A DNA stretch of 64,000 nt, taken from positions 12,250,887 through 12,314,886 of the forward strand of contig CM082583.2 of NCBI GenBank assembly GCA_040954595.2, given 5' to 3'. The notes under the pieces were generated by a model that was given only the letters and a program-made list of their open reading frames with translations, did not search any database and was not told the origin of the DNA. Origin of the DNA: Balanoglossus misakiensis. Lineage: Eukaryota; Animalia; Hemichordata. Made by a program: the position numbers and the translations under genes. How positions within the stretch are numbered: the stretch's first letter is position 1; each line of letters begins with the position of its first letter. Of the stretch, positions 27,401 to 42,400 are shown in pieces.

Positions 27401-30400
27401 CGCGACAGAACCCGAGACGTGATTCATCACGTTCTCCCGCAGCACGGCGGTGGAGATTATTTTTGATTCATCTTTTGCTGGATTTCGAATGGGAAACAAG
27501 ATTGAGTGAATGGTTGAAGGAAGCTAAGACTCCCAGGGAAGCCTGGGCCAAACTCTTTGAGACCAACCACTGCGTGAACTCGGCTGATAGTATCCACTTT
27601 CCCTCCCCTGACACCGGCATTTAGCAGATCAAAATAGATCACCACCGGCAGTCTGTTTCCTTATATGTAAACACACTCCCGTCTCTCTCTCTCTCTCACC
27701 TCAAAACCATTTTATATCAGGCCACTTTCTAATTTGATCTATTCGGGTAATTAGTCAGTGGAGAGAACAGATACCAAGATATGGTGCTAGGTCTTTCTGT
27801 AGACCGGGGTTTGTCTCTTGCCATTGCTAACGCTCACTGAATGGTAAGTAGCGAACCGTGTCTGCTGTCCCCCATGAATATGACCTTGCACTTGAGAGGT
27901 TTTCACTTCCAGTTCAGAACTCTTCATTCTCATTCCTGGCGTCCGTTGTGCAATGTGAAATTCACCTTGTACCTGACACAGATAATCTGAGTTTTTTTTC
28001 TACTGACCAGTATTGCAAACAAGGCATTGGTAGTTGGCCCACGAAAGTGCCTGTTTCTCTGTTTATTTTAGGGTTTTTTGTTCTATTTGTTTGTTTTTAC
28101 AAAAGGGGAAAGGAACAGGTTGGCGTTTTGTTACGCTTCTGCGTGCATTGTGAATGTTGCAGTTGGTTGTATATGAATGCTTGTATTGCTAGTTGATGTA
28201 TTGGACGCGGAAGAAATCTGACAAGAACCAGATGTCAAAATAATAGGCCCAATTTCAAGAGTCCATTAGTACCACATGAATATAGCAAGCAAAATAATTC
28301 AAATTTCACAACAAGAAAAATGGCAGTGAGTCACATCCTTTTGTGATAAATAAAATAATTCAATACTGGGGAAGAAATGAAAACCTGACGTATTGGTCCT
28401 TTTCAGTATTGCCAAAGATTATTTATAAAAAAAAATTCATATCCATACACATTTTTTTTATATAACCATATTCTGAGTATGATAATAGCCCTGATAACAT
28501 TCCCTTGTGTTGCCCCAAATGTTAAACTCATCCAAGATTGTCGCAAAACTCGCTGCAAACATGTGACAAAGCCTCTATGCGCCAGTAGACGAGACCAATT
28601 TTATAGTGAAATTCCTGCGTGGCAGTGATCAAGTGTTTATAAGTGGTCAGCAGATAAGACGCTGTAAGAGTATTACCTTCATAAAAAGCGTGTTAGTGGG
28701 TAACCCAAGTGAAAACGCTGGCGTGATATCGTTCGCAATTTACCGAGACTTCCCTCCCTAATTGCCTAATTTTGAGAACAACTTTTTGATGTATGGTGCA
28801 CCGCTATACACGTATATCAGCGCAATCAATCGCCCGCTACTTACCCTGATAGCATAAAACTGCAAATCTAATTCACAACTCCGCAGTTATAGAGTCTGTT
28901 TAATGTGTTAATTAAGACCAGCGCAGCACACAGGGTGGTTTAATTCGGCCTTTGTTCTGGAAAGCCCGGCACAAAAGCTGCTGTTAGCTTGTGATGCAGT
29001 GGAAATCAAACGCTTTGTGACATTTGTTTGACCATTTAGGGATTAAATTTCACTACGCCAAGACCAATACTGGTTATGACATTTCAGTCATCCGCCAGAG
29101 CGGTGTCGGGTTTCGTCTGTACATTGAACCATGTAACACCGATGGTGAGTACAAAATTATAATGCGAGTATGAAATCCCAGCTCTACTCATACACATCAT
29201 AGAGACATCGCATTGCGGCTTGGCCAATCTCATTAATATTCCATCAATGTTGTCAATTTTCGCATTTCTGTGCCACATCTCAATACTGTAGAGGTTATTC
29301 CTCACAATGCGCACAACAGCAAGCAGCAATAATTCCTGCCGCTATCAAGTAGGTATCGTTTCTCGCACTTAAGTGAAATATTCAAAATGTAGCCATTTGC
29401 TTGTGAAACATAATGAGTTGCAGCAATCTGGATGATTGAGTTGGTCTGTTGTTTGGGAGTTTTGAAGTGTTTGCTTGTATGGCTGTTTCCAGTGGACTTT
29501 CTGAAACTAGCAGTGATGACGTACTATGCTGTTATGATATTTGTAGTATTTTTATATCTTTTAGACAAATATTAATACATGAACTGAGTAGGAAGCAAAA
29601 ATGAAAATTTGATTATCACTCTCATTCACACCAAACATTGTTCGTAGATGAACTGACTGTAGAAAAAAATTAAAGATACCACTTTTATCATCATCATAAT
29701 CATCTGCAAACTAATTTGTTTATGTTAAAATCCATGTAATGTTCAAAACAGGATTTGAAGTGAGACGACATGCATGTTGAGTCTGGTTCCATCCACTTCG
29801 CTCCAATCAGTACATCTGTATGACACTGTCTGTGTCGCTGTCGTGACCTTAGTTGTTGACCTTGGAAGTCAAAACACATGAGGACCATATTTCATTTGTG
29901 TGGGTCACTTCATCATCTCAATTGGAGTCTCTTGTTCAGATTTATTCACAGGCAAACCAACTCCCTCCCCGGGTTACAGTGAATCAGATTTTCTTGACGA
30001 GAGAGACTTGAATTTGGCTTCTGACGGTTTCCCACTTGAGACACTGGGGGCCGTTGGGAGGATCAGTGGGGAGTCTGTAATAGGTAACCATAGCTGACAT
30101 GAGTGATCAGAGTGAGGTGTGAAATGCCCTGTAAAATAACCCAATTGAAAACCTGCCGTGTTGGCATAAGCTAACAATATATTGAACTCTGATAAAAGCC
30201 GCTTTATTCGCGGCGGCCCAGGACGTGTCTCTAGGCATCTGTGGCATTTGTTGTGTCCAGCACGCGGCATTCTGGGTATGTGCTGGTCCCACATTTCATA
30301 GCATAACTCCAGTGTCAATCATAAATGGTTATTATCCCCCCCCCCTTCCCTCTTTGGTTGAGCGCGCAGGTAAACTTTGAAACGTCACCTGACGCATGGC

Positions 30401-33400
30401 TTTCCGACTGCTACCGGAGTATTAAGGCTTGCTGCCGTGAACATACGGAATCCCGCGCTGTGCCCCTGTTTTTGAATGTCAACCACTGCCGAGTACTCCC
30501 AGCATTCCGGGGATTTTGCCACTTCGGTGGGACTTCATTTCCAAGTCCGGCTTGGTTCGGTCGGAGAGGAGCAGGATTGTCGGGGTCTGTAAGTCCATCC
30601 TCTTAGTAACACACAAACTCTGTACTTTAACCCCTGTTTTCTCAACTCATAAATTTCACAGCTATTCTCCTTTGCCAACACAAGCATGAGCTGCACAAAC
30701 TTTTCGCTACCACCAAAACTGTGGTAAATTTTTCACAGAGTTTGACCATAGAAGCGTGGGCCTCTCCATTTAAAATTCATAACATAATTGCTTAATTGTT
30801 TAACTTCATAGTATACAAATAGTAATCCTGTTTGAAACAAAACAGAGAGATTGCAAGATGATGTACCTGTTCTTCACCCAGAGTTGAACAACCCAACATT
30901 GCAGAGTCAGACACACTACTTGTAAATGCGGCATACGTTAGACTTCATTGGCATGGGATAAATTTAGCCGGACTACAGGACTTTATATTGGCGTGCCACA
31001 TAACAAAATTAATCACACGGTTTTTATCCAGTTTGTCACGTCACTGAGCACAGGTGCAAACATCGAACCCTGATTGAATTTGCTTGAGTGAACACTGTTT
31101 CTTTACTTAGTAAATCTTGAAAAATTGCTGACATTTTCAGTGACTTAGGCAGTGGTTCTGTTACAGTGGTTTTTTTTGCTCAAGATCTTTTTTAACGAAA
31201 AGTCGCATTTTTCACTGTTGGGACCAACCCAGGGTTGCAATGGAATCCAGTGAACTCCCTAGTGTAAAGCGTCTCTTTTGATCTGTTTCATTGGAAACAT
31301 GGCAGTGGGGGATTAGATGTGTGCAAAGTTCGACAGGACACCGGGCACATAAATCAGGGCCAATGTCTGCCAAATATAATCCCCCTAGTAATGAATTTTG
31401 CCACGCCGGGCAGGTATTCCCGAATGATGAATTTACACTGCGGTGTTTGTTTCACCTGCGTTGATGTGTTAGTTTACGAGTAGGGCAGTGCTGTAAACAA
31501 CCACTTTACTACAGTTCAGCCCACTCCCCCCTATAACACACAGACACACATACCGTGCATTGTGCTTACACGGCTGTTTCTCTCACCGACTCTACACAGG
31601 ACTAACCCCCGTCTGTTCTCTGATCCGGTAAGTTTGACTTTGCGCCTGACTTTGCCAGCCAGACCAGATTTTCTGCCATGCTTCCCTGAACGTGTCTGTA
31701 CCCTCGGAATTCACCTGAAAGCATCTGAGTAATGTCAGCACAGAACAGGTGTGCGGGACAGGGTTTTAATAGTTCCCAAAACTCATTAAGGCCGACTTCC
31801 CCCCGTCACTATTAAAGTGGAGTTGCTGTGTGGCGGTTCTCAGTTACAGCACCGGATCCTTACACGTCGTTAATTGAATTTCACACAGCCTGAAACACAA
31901 GAATTTGGGCAGATATTTTATTTTTTGTTTTCTTCGCTTGAACCAGGTGAGCTTCAAACTCCATATTTATTTTATCACTGTAACGTCGCATATGTTATAG
32001 TCTGTGAGGTGCTCTAAACTCAATGCGTCTAATCTTTTATTCTGGTTCAACTGGTAAGGTTTATCATAAAGCACACAGAACTGTTAGACAGTTATGGTTT
32101 TTCAATCGTATGTGTTGTGGGAATTATTAGAGCCAACAGGATGGATTTGATAGGCGTGTTGAGTGATACTTCCCCTTTGGTTGTGAGGACCAGCTCGGCT
32201 GGGGGAAAAAATGGTGATGGCAAATTTACATAATGACACTGGATGGGTGAGTGATGCAAGTGGACCAAATGACAGGGTATACTAGATAGTTGCAGTTAGT
32301 ACTGTGTTGTCCAGAACATCATTTGTGTATGGGTTGTATGTGTGTGTACACGTGCATTTGTGTGCGCGTGTGTGCATGCATGCATGCGTGTGCACATCCC
32401 GTGCACTCAAGCATGGGATGTACACAAAAATGACAGACGTGAAGAACGTGATCCGATGACAGCCCAACATCACATACCTGTCCAGAACCAAATACCAAGA
32501 CTACCGCATTCCACCCAACACAGTCCTGATTTAATTTAACCATAGACAGTAGAGGCCATAGACAGCATGTCTGTGATATGATTTAACCCAATGCAGGCCA
32601 TCACTGAGGCCTTGGACACCTCCCAACAGATAACAGCAAATGCCTTCTAATCAAGTTTTTCCCCCCAGTAGATTAAAAACAGTTGGCTTTTGTTCTGAAG
32701 TGTGAAGCTGTTATAGATTATTGCCTAATACACAGATACAAACACAGATAGTGAACCAATAAAGAGAGAGAGAGAGAGAGAGAAAAAAAGGGTGGTTTAT
32801 AAAATATAACCTGCAGGCAAATCAGAGACAAAATACTTGTATATTTTGCTGCTACTGCAGTAAATTGTCTTTGACTTACATAAGAGCTGTTCATCCATCT
32901 GAGAGATATCTCCCTGTTATGCAAATTCCGTCACTTAAAAGAGTCTGGGTGCACCACTCTAAGCCAATTACAGCTCACCCCCCCCCCCCCATAATAATTT
33001 CACAACTGCTTCACACATTAATCAACTGATTTTAGTATGACACAGTCACAATATCCACTTGTCCAGAACACCCAAAATATCAGAAAGAATTTTTCTCTCT
33101 CTCTCTTCTTTTTTCTCCTGTCGAGTAAAACTACCCTGTCCGCGATCACAGACCGCTTGTAATCAAGAACCGTTTCAGCACAGGTGTTCGCAGTAACAGT
33201 TTTTTATTGACTTTATTGAGGGAGAGCTCTATCATCTTAAAAGGCGTAGGAATTTCCGTTATCTGTAAAAGTTGGTGCATACGTGATTTCATGCCGATTG
33301 AGTATCACCACTGCCACTGGTGTTAAACTCAAATGAACCTAATCGGGCAACAAGAGAAAAAGGCCACAGTTGGTAGAATTCAGTATTCTGAGAATTCTAT

Positions 33401-36400
33401 TCATGCCTTGCGTGTGCTAGCATTTCTCTGTGTTATTTTTACTCAGTTACCAATGCATGATAATAATGTATTAATAATGATAATAGCAATAATAGATACA
33501 TTTTGCTTTAAAGCTGATTGTTAGATGTGTAAAACTAGACCCAATAACAGCTGTGATTGGCTCATGACTCCCGGCTAAAAAAGGTAATATTCCCAGCTAT
33601 ATTGTAAATTTAAATGATAACAGCTGACTTCTGTGATGGTGTGATCCCAGGGTGTCTTGTACACATGTATTTTATCACCGCCTGACTTCATCCAAATCAC
33701 TTAACACCTCCCGTCCTCCAATGAATAAGTTCAACAAATGTGACACAAGATCTGTGGAAGTGTGAACACTGATTGCTGTCGTAGTTTTACGCCCCAATAG
33801 GGCGTGCTGTTATGTGTCGTATGCTAATTTCTATCCGTAAGTTTGTAGTCTGTGAGTATTCACGTATTACAGTACTTTTGTAGTTGACTGGTTTTGAATT
33901 TCTTGCTTCCAAACATGTACAAATTTTTAAAATTCACTTATTGTATTCTGTTAGACTAATGCTGAACATGTACATCTGTTGATTAAAACTTCTCAACAAT
34001 AATGAAAAAGGAGAATTGGCTGTGACCTCTGCAAGCAGACTGAAATAATCTTGTTTAGAGAAGACTCCTGATTGGGTTATATGTGATTGTTAAACACGTC
34101 ATTCTCGCCCTCCTTTTGTAGACTTCATAGCTCCTGATGCACTTTGAGACATTTATGAGAAAATCGCACACCTTTGAAAGTTCTCTGACTTTCATTTTGT
34201 TGATAGTTTAAAGAATTATCAGGGACTCCAACTTTAAGTTGATTTTTGGGTTTGAGAGCAGAGTATTACCTGGGTGTAGTGTGAACCTATTGAATTTACA
34301 ATTGGATGCATGCATGTATCTATGTCTGTTTGTTCACTCTGGGTATATCATCACCTTGATATAAGCTAAGCCTCACCAATCCCCTTTTCTTTTTAAAAGT
34401 ATCACCACTTTGATAATTTAACAACATTTTCTTGTCAGTTTGTGTCATTCATGGTTGGTCCAGCGGCAGTTCCAAAACGACAGAGTGTCAACAAACTGAC
34501 ATTTTGTCTCTCTCTGCGTGTGTGTGAACTCGACAAACTAGCCCCTTGAGATGCCGTCTCGATCTGTTTGTTCATTTGGGGGCTACAACAGTTATCTCAG
34601 TTCAAAGGGCCAGAGCTGTCCAGTTTGATAGTGGACAACATCTGCTGGCGATAACAAGTCATGTATTGCAACTCTTGTAAGTCCTGGCCCCTGCAGATCT
34701 ATATTTAGATTAGACCCTGTGGATTGGCACAGGTGTGCTGGCTTGTGTGTACAATAGCTCTACAGTGACAAACACTCCAAGGATCGGCCAATCACAAGAC
34801 AAACACAACAGCTAATACTCTCCACTCTCTTGACCAGAGAAAAAAAAAGTCGCTGCTTAGAGATATCTGTGGCAACACCGCAATCACTCTGCGCAGGAAT
34901 TTTTCTCGCTTTTTTTTGTTGAATCCAGAGGAATACTTTGCCTGGTACTGAGCATGTCTGATCAATACTGTGTTATTACAGGTGAGTGTTTGCTATGGGG
35001 AGGAATTCTCCCGCGGGTGTGTGTTGTGTGGATCGCCAGAACTCGGCGACAGACTCGGGTCTTAATAGGGCCCGACCATTAGGTCGTCTTCTCACTGCAG
35101 ATAATTCATCAATGTCGTTGTTGCTGGGGTCTTTACTGTCAGTCAACTTCTGCCACAAAGACCCGGGAGTCAGGAAGTGTGGGCCATCTGTTCGTTAAAA
35201 CTATTAAAATCCGAGTGAAAAGTCGGACTTTTGATACATGGGCGGGCAGGTAACGTCGGTGTCTAGGTTATCGAGTGTCAGTTTTGGGAGAGCGAAGTCA
35301 AATGTGGACTGGATGGGGAGAGATAGAGTTGCATTGGTTTGGCTGTGTTGGTGGTGCTACCACTTGGGTTATGTCAGAGAATTCGGTCGGTTGTGGGGGG
35401 GGGGAGTTTAGAGGGATCTATAGCAGGTGTTAATCATGGAAATTGACATCACCCACTGAATAGCAACAATCAAAGGGATGAATGCAAATGATTGAATCAT
35501 TGAAATCAACACAAGTGGCGGCCTTTGTCGGAGGAGTTCCCGGTGTTTGTGCAGAAGACAAAAGGGGTGCGATGTGCGGGAGGGGTTTATGAAAAGAGAG
35601 CTCCCTGGTCTGATTTGCATTGGCTTTGACCATTGTTGCCCCGGCCGTTGAGAAAACACAGAAATGGTTACAAAAGTGCCAACTGTGTTTGACATGCACT
35701 GGGAGAGGGGGTTAAGCAGTGTGCTGATGCCGATATATTTTCCCGGCGGGCTTTTCCTGGTGGAGATACGGAAGACATCTGGGGGGGGGGGGGGAAGAGA
35801 ATAGCCCTCGCATCCTTGGGAAAACTTTTATGGTAATTGGCCATGTACGTGACACCCTAGTGGCGGCCAGATCCCTTGTTATTGTCCCCAGCTGACAAAG
35901 ATTGACGACTCAAGTATTTTCTTCTGGATACCTTTATGTGCGGATTTTGTAAAAAAAAAAAAAAAGACTGAAAAGAGGAGTGATATTGAGGTTCAGTGGA
36001 GGATGTTTACTTACGCATCGTGCATCTGTACACAGTTTATTCCGTCCCTCCTGTTGGCCGCTAGTCAACCTCGTTGGAATTCCGACAGACCGATAGATAG
36101 AAGGGTGTATTATCTAAGGACTCTCCCCTCACCAACTGACAACAGAGTGCATTTCATTATTTATTCAAATGATGTGGCAGTATATTTGAAATTGTGAAAT
36201 GGACATCAGAGTAATTGCCTCGACCGACCACTTGAGATCCCGAAAGTGCCAGCCCTGAAGAGTCCACCACTTCATGTTTGAACACTGCGACGAGAATACG
36301 CAAGACTGACAAGTTTGATGCAGCTTTCCTCAGCAACTTTTCTTTCTCCCTCCGGGCTGTGTGTATCTGGTGAGAAAAAAAGTGGTAGAACTTCCTCGCC

Positions 36401-39400
36401 ATTTATTTGGTCAGGGTCAGTATTTCTCCTGTCTCTGTTATCCTTTAATTAGCAGTGTGTTTGTTTGCGATGAACGCTCATGAAGTTAGGGAATTTGTGT
36501 ACCACTGACTCCAATCACAGATTTTCTTTGAACTTCGGCAAGTTCGCAGTCAGAACCTATGGTCCTATACGTCCTTAACTTCTTTTGATGGCATACAATT
36601 ACATGTAGATGTACCTCTGCCATTTTCCTGTAATGGCTTGTGCTCTTTCAGAAAAGAGACAGAAAAATTTAAATTTTTTAATAGTTTCTGCTTCAGACAT
36701 GTTGAAGTGCCTGGCATGGCATTCCTGTGTTTGTTACACGTTTCCTTGGTGGTTTTGAATCTGATAATGTCACTTCAGTTGAAATCTGCCGGGTTCTCAC
36801 ACTCCTGATTTATCTCCGTCACCGTTTGACTTTTCACACTCCCCACGTTGTACCCGGGCTAGCAGCCACAACACTGTAGATATATTATTTATTGTCTCCG
36901 AGGATTGCTGTTTTCTAACATACTGTCATGTTTTGCTGTAAATTATCCCACCGAGAGTTGGTCCCAGTGTCAATTGGCCTAGTCATCAACTCGTCTTTAT
37001 TTGCTTTCTGCCCAAACACTTCTATTTATTCATTCATATCTCTATTTGTCCAGTGATATTTGCCTTGTTTTCCATTACACACTATATTGCCTGTCAAGAT
37101 TTTGCTACAGTAACTTCTTTGTAGTTCCCATGACTTTATGTTGGAATCTTAAGCAACTGGGCCCATTAATTTTATGCTGTTACTTATGTCATTTCTACTC
37201 AAGATCATTAAAATTCATTTAATATTCCAACTGTGATGTTCAGTTGCTACAGGGTTTTACGTAACTGTTTCGGTATGAGACAGTTACTCGGAGATTAATG
37301 TGAAATTCTTCCATTCTTTTGGCGTGTGTCATATTGAAATTTGACGCAGTGTGTCACATGTGTACCTGATGGTCAACTCATGTTTGTGTCAGATGTGGTG
37401 TAATATTTGACGTGCGTTAGGTTTCTGGGTTGTTTTGTAGCCCCATGTTTAACTTAGAACCAAATGTTAGCCGCTCACCTCTCTGCCTCTGTGTCTGAGT
37501 TCCGAAAAGATGACCCTATATTTTGTGAATATTTATTTTTTATTAATATTATCATGCCAAGAGGGCTGGGAGTCCCTGAGGTGTGAGAAATCACTGATAA
37601 TTCCACTAATTGTCATGGAGACCAGTCAGTTTTTTGTGTGCACCATTACACACCAAATAGCCTTGATCAGATTAATGTGACAAACAGTGAATTAAAAAGG
37701 CCATCACTGTACACTCCCATCCCAGCAGAGTACGCTATTGTCGTGTTTTTTTCATACGCCTTGAATAAAATCTTAAATACATGTACTGACAAATCCAGCA
37801 TGCCAGGACCATCACAAAAGACTGATATCACACAATTTGTTACATCTTATCTGATTGTCTCTTTTTTTTTTCTTTTGTAGATAAGAAGGAAGACTGACAA
37901 CTCGAACACCTCGCATCATTGAAGAGCTGCGACACTGGTGTTACCTAGCAACCTCAATGGATTGCCAGGACAACCCCATCCAAGGATAAACAATGATAGC
38001 AAGGTTGGTACAAAGGGGAGCAAGGGTGCACTTCTGTAGAGAAATTTCAACTTCTTTTCCCCTTCTTTTATCCGTTTTTGTCGTCGTTAACTTGGATCTC
38101 ACGTGGGTTTTGGGCTGTGGTCCTAATTGCTTTCAAGTGGCTTTTCAGCTTGGTGAGTCAGACAATAGGTTTTCTTTTATCGGAGGAAAAAGCCTTGAGA
38201 GCTACAGGGAATGTGTCCCAACACCTGTTCGACTGCCGTGTCATTGAGATATTTTATTTTTTTCATCTCTAAAGATGAACATACCATTCGACTGAAGATA
38301 ATTCAGGGACTTTGCGTGAAGTAGTTTTTCGCCTTCGGTCGTCCAGCATTGTTTTCTTTTTTTCTTCTGTCAACTGATGGGTTGTGTCTGTGAAGGGGGA
38401 AAATATAGGGGGATGGAGGGTGGGGATGTTTGCCCCGTGGCTAGCATTAGGAATGTCAGCTTCAGTGGTGTCTGCCACATGTAAAATGTTGGCCAAAAGT
38501 GGCCTATATCAGGGGTGTTGTGTGTTGTTGAACTGTATGTATCAACAGCCATTGCCTGCTGAATGGCTCACTGGGCGATCAACGAAAAGTTTACTAGAGC
38601 GGTGTTTGGGAGTAAGGACCTGGCTAGTCAACAAACCCAGTGGTTAAGAATATTTAGTTTCCGGACACATGTTTACCAGAAGACGATTTGGAAGTTTGCC
38701 CTTGTTGCAAATATAACTGTGCACGATATTAGCAGTAGGGAAGTTGTGACATCTGCCACGGAGTGACTGTGATCGATTGCCAACTAGCGAAATTCTGTGA
38801 AAGAAAAAAAATCAGGGATTTATTCCAGCACATGCGCCACGCTGAATTATAAAGTCTTCACTGTAGTGGGATTGTGGAGAAATTCTTGATGTGCAAATAG
38901 TTGTTACTCGGGGATAGTGCGCACGCACAGAGGGTTTCAGTTACACACCAGGAGCACAGGCATGTGGCTATCAGACATGTCGACATCATTCAGGGACTGT
39001 TTACAGAGATAGCGTGAATTGAACTGCAGTGATGCAGAGAGTGAAAGAAAAAAGACCGTGATCTGGATGGACAGCAGACGTCCGACATGATTTCTTTTAA
39101 TTTGTCTTCCCCTTCTTTGTGAATTAATCACCCTTACTGGTTACCTTGCATGCATTTATAAAAACACAACGACAGAACCTTGAAAAGAAACAGCATGGTA
39201 TTGATCTTGTTTATTTAAATATGCTGATTTGCCTGTTTAATCCCGACCATCAAAGGGGTAATCACACCTCGGAGTTGAGGGGGCTGTACTTGTTTTTGTT
39301 TTGTTTGCGCCTTTTTTATTTTCTTTTTCAATCATCTCCCAAAAGAGATTTGGAGCGAGGCATAAAATTTGCATGAGAAGCGACGGCAATCTACATCACC

Positions 39401-42400
39401 TGCAGAGTTCTTTTTTTCCCCCTTGCCCCCGATTCCTTTGTGAGGACATATGGAGGGGAGGATTGTGTTTCCACTGAACATGAATACAACAAATTACTGC
39501 TCGGGGAACGGACAGCTCCAGGACAGGGTATCCAGTTCTTAGGATATTTCAAAAACCAGGGCACAAGCATTCTCTGGTTGCTATAGATTCCCACCACCGC
39601 TTCTGTTAGAGAGGACGGGGAGAGTCACTCTATCTGGATTTCATTGAGAGCTTAAAGCTGGGCTGGTTCAGTGTAGTCAAAGTTGAAGGTGGCCGTTGCA
39701 GGCAGGCACTTATGGGTTTCACAGAAAAAAGGAAGGACTCAAGGCGTGCTAGGTTACCGCAGCAGTAGGGCTATTAACGATCCTCTGTTTGCCACCTAAG
39801 GTGTTAACTCCAAGACACACTGTGTGTATTACCATGTTTGCTATTAACATATTAAACAGTAGCCAAATACAGAGTTGTTTTGATAGCGATGAAAAAAAAA
39901 GGGGGTGATTTATCAATCCCCCTCCATTTCAAAAGTAACCATTCAGTATGCCAGGCACAACTGCCAATTAGTGCAAGGGATGATTAATTGGCTGGCCCCC
40001 TCCCACTCCACAGGAGGCTGAATATTTGAAATGCAAAGCACAGAGGGAGCTCAAATTGTCTGCTGTGAACGATTTCACACTGCCAGAACCGTTCAGCTTG
40101 TCCTGCACCTGGAAACAAAATCCTGTAACTGCTCGTATCTGTGCTGGAAAAATTGTGCCTTTCAGTTACCGATCGAGTGTTGGACTTCTTTGCTCTCATG
40201 TTGATGTGATTGGAGCAGACGTGGCCAACCAGTATTTTTGCATCTCTGATTATGCGATTGCTTTCCTGAATTGAGGTCAACCTGTTTGGCACCAATACAT
40301 CACCGTGAAATTTATTTCGCACCACTCAACCATAAATACAAAGGCCTTTTTGACAGCCACTGTCGGTGTGATAACATATCAAAACACGTCGAGTCACAAT
40401 TTCCCCCACCCTCTCATTCACCCCTACCCCGTTACGTGTTTCCATCCCTAAAGAACATCTATATTCCCCCACTTAGAAATGTATCCAAATAAATACTGGA
40501 CTAACATCGATGGTGTTCAGAGCTCTTCCACAGCAGCCTGGGTTGAGTTAAGTTAGGGCATTCATGCAAGACGCGCGCCAAAGGCGATTGGAGGTGTTGG
40601 ACTCTGACAAATGTAATTAAATCAGACAATGCTCAAATGCCCCTGGAGGTAGCAGCTTTAAATGCTACCCTATTATTATCTGTGCTGATTTGGCATGCTG
40701 ATCATGTGGGCGCAGAACCCAGCCTTATACATATTTTGGCTTGTGAGAAAGCGTTTTTGGCATGTCTCGTGTGTGAGATGATACCGGCAAGCGCTGCCAG
40801 AATTCCAGTCCGTTTCTGTGTCGAAGACCATCAGTAAGTCACCCTGTGTATGTGCTATGCTGTGATTAGCTTCTCCGTATGTCTGCTCTCTTTCTCTGCA
40901 ACTGGCTTAATTATGTCTCAGACTAGACATCCGTCGCAAGCATGTGCTGGATCCTGCAGAATTGGAAAAACACGGTCAGCTTGCTTGTTTTCAGTGTGGG
41001 CTTGTATTTTTGTGCTGCGTGCCAAATCCTGCCATATGGAGAACACGCATTTGGTTTCAGATGTCATATTTTTTATTCCCAAATTTTGGTCAAAATTTGG
41101 ACATGTCAGACAGCGTTTTCAAGCACTAGTTATATTTTGATCCGCGGCAGCGTGTCAGAACCGTTAAAATCTCCATAAATCACAAGGGCATGAAGGTGAC
41201 GTCCACTCCTCCTCCTCCTCTTGCATAAAGAGAATCTCCCGACAGATTATAGCGAGATGAGCAGTGAATAACCAGATTCTTGCTCCGCTTCTTCGACAGC
41301 AGATAATTATACAGAGCTTGGCGGTAACTACCGGGCAGCGTATTTTAAGGTCACACACGATAAAGGCTGGGGTCTCGAGAAGTGAGAAATCGGGGATTGA
41401 GCGGATAGAGTCGTGTATAACCACACCGTGATTTCATTCAAATTGCTCACTGGGCTATGCAGGCTATAGTGGTAAACACTCCTGGGACACACACCCAAAG
41501 TGTGAAAAACGGAAGCAACCCAGTCAGTGTGGCTTTGCATCACCCAGCCCAGGTTTAATGAAGTGATAAAAAATTTATACTCTCCATAGAAAAAAAGTGT
41601 GAATGTTAACACCTTTTTATCTCGCCGCCAAAGAGCTGATTTTTTTTATTAAATTATAGATGCACAGCTGAATGAACAGGGTCGCCAGGCAACTTGAAGC
41701 AGAGTGACAGCCCATCCATCACCTAAAAGCTAGGCTTGTCTTTTTTTTTGAGTCCCCAAATACCCGGCTGCCCAGACACCATACGGAATGAGATCAACAT
41801 CTTTTTTTTGCATGTGGAACCATGAGAGGTGTGTGTATTCAGCGCCAGGGGCTTTTGTTTCCAAAGCGAAAATATCTGCCACCTATAGAATCTTTTGTTC
41901 CAGTTTACCTCTTCAATTGGCATGCAATAGATGCCAGGTTAAGCTGAGCCTTGCTAATTGCTATATCCACTACAAATCAGATTGTTAATGCGCGCCTGGT
42001 TATCTCTGCCATTCTCTTCTCTATTTGTCTTCTAGTTTGCTTTTTTATTGTGGTGACATTTGAGTCTTCCAAGGCATCTCATCCCTCCCCCTCCCCCCTC
42101 TCTCTTGGTATGGATCAATTCAGCGCCCTTTCTTGTGACACTCACACCCAATGCAAAGCCCCCTATTGTTTTCCCACACACATTTGTGCCGTAAGGTTCG
42201 ATAATCAGCCACTCTCGATTCTGCAGAGTGTTCCAGGGACATAATGCCAAATCATCAGCTTATGTAAAAGCAAACATGAGTATAGAATGTTTTGTCTCTC
42301 TCGCTCGCTTGCTCTCGTTCTCTCTCTGCCTTTGCCTCTGTGTTTGTGTCCCTCTCTCTCTCTTTCTCTCACTCTCCCTGCCTCCCTCCTTACAATGAAT

